In this document: positions 49,651 through 56,743 of the stretch, piece after piece
Layout: each line of letters starts with the position of its first letter
How positions within the stretch are numbered: the stretch's first letter is position 1
Origin: an uncultured Candidatus Saccharibacteria bacterium
GTDB taxonomy: Bacteria > Patescibacteriota > WWE3 > 9FT-COMBO-53-11
DNA length: 63,667 nt
Assembly (NCBI GenBank): GCA_964348395.1
Contig: CAYGCK010000003.1
Coordinates: 26,095 to 89,761, forward strand
Direction of reading: 5' to 3'
Program-made: the position numbers and the translations under genes
The notes under the pieces: generated by a model
Database searches by the model: none
What the model saw: the letters and a program-made list of their open reading frames with translations, nothing else
Told to the model about the DNA's origin: nothing

Positions 49651-50514
49651 GTGCTAAAACGAAACGATTACTCCTACTCGGCCCTAAACATCTACGACTC
49701 TATCTGTCACAAACAGTACTACTTCGAGTACCTCGACCCTTACGCGTCGCACTGGGAAAACAAGAAGAGAATAAAACAGGTTCAAATAGAAGCGGGTAGG
49801 AGAAAGGAACTCATTTTTGGCGGAATTATCCACGACGTTTTAACCTCTTTTTTCCACCTCCCCCCGGATAGACGAGGTATCGGATCTGTGAAAGAGATTT
49901 TAGAATCCCGTTGGAGCGGTCCCCGCGGAGCCAAACGCGGGTTCCCGGACATCAAAGAGGAGCGTGAGGCGTATGAGCGTGCGCTAAAGATGCTCAAAGG
50001 GTTCGTCGCCAAAGCCAACCTTGACCCTAAAATCGCCTATCTCCCAAAACCCAAAAAGAAGGATGACGAATTCGTCAAGGAGAACTACTTCAAAGTGGAT
50101 ATCGGAGATGGCTTGCAGCTAACCGGGGTTATCGACCGCATTGACAAAGAGGAAGACGGTTACCACCTCATGGACTATAAAACCGGAAAAGAAAAAAAGA
50201 AGGAGAGCGATTTTCAATTGATGGTTTATGCGCTCCTTGCCGAAGGTGCCTTAGGTATGCCCCTTGCCAAGGCGAGTTATCTTTATCCCGAGAGTGCCAA
50301 ACTTACTACTTTTACCCCCGATAGCAAATCCAAGAATAAGGCACTCGCCAAAATCAAAGAGATAATCGGTGCTATACAAGCGGACGAGGAGTTTGAACCC
50401 CAACCCTCCAAGATGTGTTACTACTGCGATTTTGTCGAGCTTTGCCCCGCCAAGGAGGAGGCCAAACGCTTTATTGCTGAATTTAAAGGTGAGGAAAGTG
50501 ATCTACCCTTCTGA
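49651..50514 (+). CDS. PD-(D/E)XK nuclease, RecB/Cas4-like with a C-terminal Cys cluster
   Basis: YSYSALNIYDSICHKQYYFEY, GVIDRIDKEEDGYHLMDYKTGK (D...D/ExK core) and CYYCDFVELCP (the Cys cluster typical of Cas4/AddB-type FeS nucleases). Confidence 0.7.
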   Translation: MLKRNDYSYSALNIYDSICHKQYYFEYLDPYASHWENKKRIKQVQIEAGRRKELIFGGIIHDVLTSFFHLPPDRRGIGSVKEILESRWSGPRGAKRGFPDIKEEREAYERALKMLKGFVAKANLDPKIAYLPKPKKKDDEFVKENYFKVDIGDGLQLTGVIDRIDKEEDGYHLMDYKTGKEKKKESDFQLMVYALLAEGALGMPLAKASYLYPESAKLTTFTPDSKSKNKALAKIKEIIGAIQADEEFEPQPSKMCYYCDFVELCPAKEEAKRFIAEFKGEESDLPF

Positions 50515-50557
50515 TAAAATTAATTGTTAGAAGTAAGGCGGAAGGGGGTGAACAGGC

Positions 50558-50806
50558 TTGGAAAAGAAAATAGGCGAGGTAACTCATTACTTCGGTCACA
50601 TCCCGGCGGGGATAATTAAGCTTGCAGGCAAGGTCAAAAAGGGCGACAAGCTCCACTTTAAAGGGGCTACAACAGACTTTACCCAAGAGATTACCTCAAT
50701 GCAAATAGATCACAAGGACATCGAGTCGGCCAAAAAAGGCGACGAGATTGGGGTCAAGGTCAACGAGCGGGTTCGAGAGGGAGACGATGTGTTTATCGCC
50801 GAGTAG
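50558..50806 (+). CDS. small EF-Tu-domain-2-like beta-barrel protein
   Basis: 82 aa, TTG start. IGEVTHYFGHIPAGIIKLAGKVKKGDKLHFKG...GDEIGVKV resembles the translation-factor domain II fold. Confidence 0.45.
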   Translation: MEKKIGEVTHYFGHIPAGIIKLAGKVKKGDKLHFKGATTDFTQEITSMQIDHKDIESAKKGDEIGVKVNERVREGDDVFIAE

Positions 50807-50809
50807 CTC

Positions 50810-52261
50810 TCATTCGGTTCGGAAGGTAACGGTAATCCTTTTTGTACCTCTTGGAACCCGCTGAATTGCCGACGGTAGGTTTGGCCAAAGCTTGAGTTCA
50901 AATCCCGCTATATCTCCCAAGGAAGATAGATATTCTTGAGCAGAGTCCGGATTTCTTCCAGCCAGATCACTTTTTATCTTTTCAGCGTCAATCTTAGGAA
51001 CAACCAAAGCGGAGACTTTAGCCTGAAACTCAAGTTTATCCGCAGAAAGTGTTGGATCGAGCGGGTTGACGGTGGTTTCCCCGGGGAAAAGTTCGAATCC
51101 CTCGGGCACCAACTCCGCCAGAGCCTGTTCTAGAAACTCCTGCATAGCGGAGCCTTCGTAGGTAATGAGGGTGAATTTCATTTTCAGATTGAGGGTTAGT
51201 TTGTCGGTTTGTCCCCCGACCGCGTGGGAGAAATTCTTCTCGACCACCTCGCTTTTTATCGCCTCCTCAACCACCACCTCGTCCACTCCCCCCGCGGAGG
51301 CCATACTCTCCTTCCCACGCTCGGTGAGCTCCCGGGTAAGCTCGTCCAAAAGGGTGGTCTGATCGGCTGAGGAGACGACTTTCACCTGTTGGGAAGAGCC
51401 TCCTGTGATGGCTTGACCAGAAGCTGTATAGGCGTCGTAATCGGTGTTTGAATACCCACTGACAAAATCAAAATAAATGTTCTCACCTTGGTTATAGTCA
51501 GGTCCGAAACTCGAAGCCGTCACACTCCCCGGTTTGGATCCGCAATCCGGCCCAACTCTGGCAGGAACATCTGAAACCGTGGAATCTAGAGAATAAACAA
51601 GATTCTTACCCGCTACTTTTAGCTGCGCTCCAGCAGAAAAAGAAGCAAGGGTGTCACTGCAGTTAATCAGAGTTACTGGACCCTTCGCCTTCTCCCCAAT
51701 CGTCGTGGAGCCGGTCGTATCGGCCGTCTTCTGCCCGCTCTCCTCGCTGGTACGGGACGTTCCGGGTATTACCCCTTCCTCCACGTTAACCTCCTGCGCC
51801 GCGGTCGAAGCGGTAATTGAGATCTCCTTTACAAGCGGGAGGGGCTTAAGAGTCAGGATAACTTCGGCTTTGGGTAAGTAATAGATAGCAAGGTAGGCTC
51901 CGCCTCCCAGCGCGAGGAGGACCAAAAAAGTAATAAGCGGAACAAGAGCGTGCCGCTTCAAAAATCTAAGATTAATTTTTCTTTTCTTTTTAACACCCTT
52001 CACCTGAACCGTTTCCGGCTCGCCGTTTTCGGTGAGCGCGGTGATGAGATTTCTGCTCTTCTCCCCTGTTGGTTTAAGAATCATTTTTTTCTTCTCCTTC
52101 TTGGCTTTCTCCCGCAGCGTGCGAAGCATAAGAAAGTTAAAGTTCTCCTCAGGAATCTCGACCTCAACCGTATCCCCTTCGGCGGCTAGGATTTTTTCCA
52201 AAAGATCGAAAAGATGGCTGTTTGGTTGTTTGGTTGTTTGGTTATTCGGCTCCTCGTTCAT
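50810..52261 (-). CDS. membrane-anchored hypothetical protein, 483 aa (possibly baseplate-J/gp47-like ectodomain)
   Basis: A charged N-terminal region, a single TM (LVPLITFLVLLALGGGAYLAIYY) and a large Ser/Thr/Gly-rich ectodomain with a GEKAKGPVTLINCS motif. It overlaps the ftsA-like gene by 20 nt. Confidence 0.4.
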   Translation of the reverse strand: MNEEPNNQTTKQPNSHLFDLLEKILAAEGDTVEVEIPEENFNFLMLRTLREKAKKEKKKMILKPTGEKSRNLITALTENGEPETVQVKGVKKKRKINLRFLKRHALVPLITFLVLLALGGGAYLAIYYLPKAEVILTLKPLPLVKEISITASTAAQEVNVEEGVIPGTSRTSEESGQKTADTTGSTTIGEKAKGPVTLINCSDTLASFSAGAQLKVAGKNLVYSLDSTVSDVPARVGPDCGSKPGSVTASSFGPDYNQGENIYFDFVSGYSNTDYDAYTASGQAITGGSSQQVKVVSSADQTTLLDELTRELTERGKESMASAGGVDEVVVEEAIKSEVVEKNFSHAVGGQTDKLTLNLKMKFTLITYEGSAMQEFLEQALAELVPEGFELFPGETTVNPLDPTLSADKLEFQAKVSALVVPKIDAEKIKSDLAGRNPDSAQEYLSSLGDIAGFELKLWPNLPSAIQRVPRGTKRITVTFRTE

Positions 52262-53225
52262 CGGTTTCCTCTTTCACCCTAAGGGCAACCTGTCCCAAGG
52301 ATAAAGGCAAACGGTCTGCGTCAAGCGAGACAATCTCCGGCGCGACGTCAAACGGATGGTCACGAGACCAGGGATAAGAGGAGACGACCTCCAAAAGCCC
52401 CGGGAAGGCACTCGCCCCACCGGTAAGAAAAATCTTAGACGGAAATACATCGACCCCGTCAAACGCGGAAAGTGAGGTGGATACCGCCTCAAGCCACAAA
52501 TCCAGGAAAGCTGCCGGGTTACCATTCTCGACAAAATCCCAATAAAAACTCTGCGTTTCCATAAGCTGGCTTCCAAACACCAAGCTTGTCTCTGTTTTGG
52601 AACCCCCTAGATCAAATACGAGAGCGTTGAGCTCCCCCGTCTCGAGCTTCGAAAGTTCGGTAACTAGATTAAAAGGAAGGGAGCTATAGCCCCAAAGTGT
52701 GAGTCCAGCGCGCTTTGCCAGATTGGCTTGTCGGGACAGAAAATCGTCTGTAGCAAAGGAGGTGAAAAGATAGACCTCCAGCTTATCCGCCTCCTTAACC
52801 TCCAAGATCTCCGCCTCAATCTCCACAGCGGAAAGCTTGGTATCGCCAAAACTCCGGCGAAGCTCCCGCTGCGCAGCGGAAAGTGCCTGTTCCCGCGCAA
52901 CCTTAGTCAACTCCTCGATGTCCTTGGTGGTTGCGCTTCGAACAACCGTCGTAAAGGCGAGGGACTCCGGACCTGATATCCCAACCACCGCCTGCGGCTC
53001 CGCTTCTGGAAAATCCTCACGAAGCTCCTCGATCGCTTCCTTAAAAGAAGTGATTGCTTCCTCCGGCTCATCGCCGCGAGTTATTTTTCGAGATCCAAGT
53101 GAGGAAACCGTACCTTTATCGCAGTTTAAGACGAAAGCCTTAAGAACGCGACCACCTAAATCGAGTGCGAAAAATTGATCGGGAAATTCTTCTCTTTTTC
53201 CGAAGGGCAGTTTAAGTTTTATCAT
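52242..53225 (-). CDS. actin-fold ATPase, FtsA/PilM-like
   Basis: FFALDLGGRVLKAFVL (phosphate 1), LVFDLGGSKTETSLV (phosphate 2) and IFLTGGASAFPGL (adenosine motif). Confidence 0.65.
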   Translation of the reverse strand: MIKLKLPFGKREEFPDQFFALDLGGRVLKAFVLNCDKGTVSSLGSRKITRGDEPEEAITSFKEAIEELREDFPEAEPQAVVGISGPESLAFTTVVRSATTKDIEELTKVAREQALSAAQRELRRSFGDTKLSAVEIEAEILEVKEADKLEVYLFTSFATDDFLSRQANLAKRAGLTLWGYSSLPFNLVTELSKLETGELNALVFDLGGSKTETSLVFGSQLMETQSFYWDFVENGNPAAFLDLWLEAVSTSLSAFDGVDVFPSKIFLTGGASAFPGLLEVVSSYPWSRDHPFDVAPEIVSLDADRLPLSLGQVALRVKEETDERGAE

Positions 53226-53237
53226 TTAGAGACTTTT

Positions 53238-54959
53238 TCAAGCAGGTAGTGCCCGTCCATAAATTCTCCTGACACCAGCACCCGCCGACTCCTCCTTTAT
53301 TATTTCAAATTTACCTACTCGCCCAGTTTCTTTGACGTGAGGTCCACCGCAGAGCTCTTTGGAAAAAGAACTATCCGGCTTGTCCCCGATGTGATACAAA
53401 GTAATTTCCTTAGCCTGTTCATATTTTTGGGTGAAAAGCGCTTCCGCGCCGAGTTCCTTTGCACCCTTGTAGGTCGTGACCACACGTTTAACAGGGATGT
53501 TCTCTTTTATCTTTTGGTTAACCAGCCTTTCAACCTCTTTTATTTCCTTTCCGGTGAGTTTGCGATTAAAGGTAAAGTCGTGGCGAAAACGCTCGGTTTC
53601 CAAGTGCTGTCCGGCCTGCCGCACCCGAGGGCCAAGAACCTGCTTTAGCGCGGCGTTCAAGAGGTGGGCGGCCGTGTGCTGTGGGGCTATCAGCTCGTCC
53701 TCCCCCTCTCTCTTCTTTATCGCCGCCCGCGCGCGTTTCCTTTGCTCCTCAAGCTTTTTTTCAAACTCGGAGACGTCGACCGTAAGGTTGCGTTTCCTGG
53801 CCAGCTCCTGCGTAAGCTCCAACGGAAACCCGTAGGTGTCGTAGAGCGTGAAGGCATCCACCTTCTTGTCCATCTTTTCAAGCTCCTTAAGTCCGCGATT
53901 GAGAGCACGATAGAACTTCTGCTCCTCGTCCTCGATAACCTGCTGGATCTCACGTTCGCGTAGCTCGAGTTCCGGATAGAAGTCCTTATACATCTCTAAA
54001 ACTCGGCGCGTGGGCTCCAAAAGGAAATATCCGTTTATCCCCAAGAGCCGCCCGTGTAGAATTGCACGCCGCAAGATTCGGCGAAGAACATAACCTCGCC
54101 CCACGTTAAGCGGGGTCACACCGTCCCCTACAAGAAACACTGCAGCTCGCAGATGATCCGCGATTATCCGCAGCGATCTGACATCCGATTTCTGACCACT
54201 GACCTCTGCCAATTTCTTTATCTCATCCATAAGAGGAGCGAAAAGGTCGGTTTCAAAGACGTTATCCTTCTCCTGAACGATAAGAGCCAACCGCTCCATA
54301 CCCATGCCGGTGTCGATATTCTGCGCTTTGAGCTTGGTATATTTACCTTTTTCGTCTTTGTAGTATTCCATAAAAACCAGATTCCAAAGTTCGATTTCTT
54401 GGCCTGAGGGTAAGACGTAATTTATTTCGGAGGAGGGGCCGCAGGGACCCGTCTTGCCCGGGGGACCCCAAAAGTTGTCCTCCTTGCCTTGCTCGCGGAT
54501 TTCTATTCCGGGGACCTCTTTTTTCCAAAGCTTTTTGGCTTCGGTATCCAAGGGTATATCCCCCTCGCCGCGAAAGATGGTTGCAAACATTCGCTTTGGA
54601 TCGAGTCCCAACTCCCGGGTCAGGAAATTCCATGCCAAAGGAATAGCCAGTTCCTTAAAATAGTCACCTACCGAGAAGTTACCTAGCATCTCGAAAAAGG
54701 TGTGGTGGCTCTCGTCCCCTACCTCCTCTATGTCCGAGGTACGAAAGCACTTCTGGATAGAAACCAGACGAAGATTTCCAAAATCGGCCGTGGGGTCCGC
54801 CTCCCCCATCATGTGGGGCTTGAACTGCTGCATTCCGGCGGTAGTCAAGAGTACCGACTCGTCGGTTGGAGGCGGGACAAGGGAGGACGAGGGTACCACC
54901 TTATGGTCATGAGAGGTGAAATAATCGAAAAATTTTTTACGTATTTCCTGATGAGTCAT
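53238..54959 (-). CDS. alaS: alanine--tRNA ligase, short form (573 aa: catalytic + editing domains, no C-Ala domain)
   Basis: FFDYFTSHDHKVVPSSSLVP, SIQKCFRTSDIEEVG, an editing HxxxH (HTAAHLLNAAL) and CGGPHV. Confidence 0.9.
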   Translation of the reverse strand: MTHQEIRKKFFDYFTSHDHKVVPSSSLVPPPTDESVLLTTAGMQQFKPHMMGEADPTADFGNLRLVSIQKCFRTSDIEEVGDESHHTFFEMLGNFSVGDYFKELAIPLAWNFLTRELGLDPKRMFATIFRGEGDIPLDTEAKKLWKKEVPGIEIREQGKEDNFWGPPGKTGPCGPSSEINYVLPSGQEIELWNLVFMEYYKDEKGKYTKLKAQNIDTGMGMERLALIVQEKDNVFETDLFAPLMDEIKKLAEVSGQKSDVRSLRIIADHLRAAVFLVGDGVTPLNVGRGYVLRRILRRAILHGRLLGINGYFLLEPTRRVLEMYKDFYPELELREREIQQVIEDEEQKFYRALNRGLKELEKMDKKVDAFTLYDTYGFPLELTQELARKRNLTVDVSEFEKKLEEQRKRARAAIKKREGEDELIAPQHTAAHLLNAALKQVLGPRVRQAGQHLETERFRHDFTFNRKLTGKEIKEVERLVNQKIKENIPVKRVVTTYKGAKELGAEALFTQKYEQAKEITLYHIGDKPDSSFSKELCGGPHVKETGRVGKFEIIKEESAGAGVRRIYGRALPA

Positions 54960-55000
54960 ACTTCAAGATACAAGATACCAGACATAAGTGGAAAGGGGGA

Positions 55001-55037
55001 AATAAGAAAAGGCAGGTCGAGCGTGGCAAGACCTGCC
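55001..55037 (-). terminator. intrinsic terminator between the orphan-gene island and alaS
   Basis: The minus strand reads GGCAGGTC-TTGCCACGCTC-GACCTGCC followed by TTTTCTTATTT. Confidence 0.6.
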
Positions 55038-55048
55038 TTCTTGAAAGA

Positions 55049-55276
55049 TCATCCCTGAACCTGGATGACGCTTCCGCGCTCCGCCCTCATCCACTCGAGA
55101 AAACCGAACTTGTTGATGAGGTCGGAACATGTGGGACAGTATCCGTCCTTATCCAACTTCCCAACCCCAACGGACCAGCTGCAGAGTTCGCAGGATTTGT
55201 AGTTTGGGGACAGGAGAAGAAGGACGTTAACGGTTCCCAAGATGGTTAACCAAAAGTCTCGGATACGGTCAAACAT
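55049..55276 (-). CDS. hypothetical small protein, 75 aa (TM helix + CxxC...CxxC)
   Basis: AAGGAGG 13 nt upstream of the ATG. The Cys pattern is CELC...CPTC. Confidence 0.45.
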   Translation of the reverse strand: MFDRIRDFWLTILGTVNVLLLLSPNYKSCELCSWSVGVGKLDKDGYCPTCSDLINKFGFLEWMRAERGSVIQVQG

Positions 55277-55502
55277 CGGACTCTCGATCCTCCTTTCTTA
55301 TAGGATTGTTCCTACAATTGTAGACCCAGTTTGGTTTCTTGTAAAGCGAAAGCACCAAGCTGCCCTGGTCCCTACCAACCAAGGCAGCTTGCTGCCTCCA
55401 ACCCAAAAGATTGGCAAACTCTCCCAAATCTTCTTCAAGCTTGCTCCGAGCTTGCCGAAGAGAACTTAGGAGAGGAGAGCGCCAACCCGGTTTCTAGTTG
55501 GA

Positions 55503-55937
55503 TTAGCACTCTCTTGCTTTGCGGGCTTGTTCGACCTTGGCCAAGAGCTCCCGCCGTTGCCCCGTTTTCTGGACCGCGTACCGGAAAGCCCTGTACTGGC
55601 AGTCCTTCACGTAGTGAGCTACGGCGTCGGCTCCTTCCGGCGAGAGATGCTCGAGCTTAACCGGCTGACCGGTCAAGACGTCCCAAAAATGCACAAGCTC
55701 CTCGAACATCAGAACGCCAAAGGCGCTGAACATGCGCTCGTCTGGAGTCGTTCCGTCGGTCTCGTGGTCGGCGACCGCGACGACCAACTTCCAACCCATT
55801 GCAATGAAAACAGGCCGTTCCCTTACCACCTTGACGCCCGTGGGACGACCGGGGTGCAGGACCACCTTTACTTCCTGGGGAGGAACCTCGCCAAAATCAC
55901 GGCGCACCTCTTCCCACAAAAATTGGTGGTTCGGCAA
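55503..55937 (-). CDS. hypothetical protein, up to 144 aa; start uncertain (possible frameshifted gene)
   Basis: The long ORF has only a TTG start and no RBS. A strong RBS plus ATG at 56008 opens a different frame that stops at 55868. Confidence 0.35.
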   Translation of the reverse strand: MPNHQFLWEEVRRDFGEVPPQEVKVVLHPGRPTGVKVVRERPVFIAMGWKLVVAVADHETDGTTPDERMFSAFGVLMFEELVHFWDVLTGQPVKLEHLSPEGADAVAHYVKDCQYRAFRYAVQKTGQRRELLAKVEQARKAREC

Positions 55938-56039
55938 AGAAACTTGACCCGCCGTTTAGGGAGCGTGAGCTGGGAGACCAGTCTTACCGCTCCGCTTCGA
56001 ACGGCCATCCCTTACCTCCTTTCCTTAAATTTTTTGAAT

Positions 56040-56168
56040 GCAATCCGGTTGGGATTCGAACCCAACTTGGGTTACAGGCCCACGCCGAGCGTTTGGAATC
56101 CTGTTCCCTCCCTTACTGCGGTATATGAGTGTTACCCAAGACCCGCAGGTCACATACACCCGGATTGC
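56040..56168 (-). ncRNA. tRNA-like structured RNA: 9-bp acceptor-like stem + canonical T arm, non-tRNA body
   Basis: Manual fold. GCAATCCGG/CCGGATTGC closes the molecule and TTGGG-TTCGAAT-CCCAA is stacked directly on it. A 10-bp internal helix CTTGGGTAAC/GTAACCCAAG is present, along with a possible pseudoknot (GTGTATG/CATATAC and CTGCG/CGCAG). I could find no D arm or anticodon arm. Confidence 0.5.
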
Positions 56169-56171
56169 TAG

Positions 56172-56304
56172 TGGAGTAGGCGGGATTCGAACCCGCGTCC
56201 GAACCAAGAGTTGAGGTTTTTAAACCCACGGTCTTTAAGGGGAGTTTGCTCAAGTTGGTTGTCCCCCGGGACCGCCTCTCGACTCGTCGAAACCTTTCTA
56301 CCCC
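56172..56304 (-). ncRNA. ssrA-like: tmRNA-like RNA (complete tRNA-Ala-like domain, drastically shortened body)
   Basis: GGGGTAG/CTACTCC acceptor with G3:U70, GGTTTCGAC after the acceptor strand, GGAC + GCGGG-TTCGAAT-CCCGC T arm, discriminator A, and a P2-like helix GAGTCGAG/CTCAACTC. The total is about 133 nt, against 250-400 nt for known tmRNAs. Confidence 0.6.
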
Positions 56305-56414
56305 ACGTACTCGATCAACAGCATAGCCGCTGATGCAAAGAGAATTATGGCCCAGGCCAAAGCGAGTTTGCGGCGGGCGAGCTTCTCCTTGCTGCGTAGA
56401 TCGAAGTTAGACAT
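56298..56414 (-). CDS. 38-aa single-TM peptide ORF whose stop codon lies inside the tmRNA-like acceptor stem
   Basis: My translation is MSNFDLRSKEKLARRKLALAWAIILFASAAMLLIEYVG*, with AAGGAGG 6 nt upstream of the ATG. Confidence 0.4.
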   Translation of the reverse strand: MSNFDLRSKEKLARRKLALAWAIILFASAAMLLIEYVG

Positions 56415-56500
56415 AGTTGTCCTCCTTGTCTCCTCTTTCTCAACCTTCAAGTTTCCTTGAGGGCTGGGGTGAAGAGCGCTTTTTAGTAACCCAGAAGCGC

Positions 56501-56743
56501 TTAACTGGGCGGTTCGACCTTGCGTACGCGGTTCGTCCGAATACTCTTGGTACCTTCGTCGGTTGTGTAGTGCATCACAAACGGCCTTCCCTCCTGCGGC
56601 AGGCCCGAAACACCCCGCAGAACCGTGATACCGCCTTTCAGCTGAATGAGAACGACTTTGTAGAAGTCACCAAAGTCCTCTTTGATGTTCAGCTGATACT
56701 GCGAACCTGAGTCGGTCTCGAAAACGAAGATGTTGGGTTTCAT
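56501..56743 (-). CDS. hypothetical protein, 80 aa
   Basis: MKPNIFVFETDSGSQYQL..., with GGAAAGGAGG 5 nt upstream of the ATG at 56743. The ORF track's longer start at 56779 lies inside a conserved hairpin. Confidence 0.45.
   Translation of the reverse strand: MKPNIFVFETDSGSQYQLNIKEDFGDFYKVVLIQLKGGITVLRGVSGLPQEGRPFVMHYTTDEGTKSIRTNRVRKVEPPS

Noticed and set aside
56040-56168. The idea that the 9-bp-acceptor element is tRNA-Sec or an intron-containing tRNA.
   Set aside because: There is no anticodon stem-loop with UCA or any U33-containing 7-nt loop, and no D arm. Acceptor plus T would be 9+5 bp rather than 8+5 or 9+4. No excision of a contiguous segment restores a cloverleaf.
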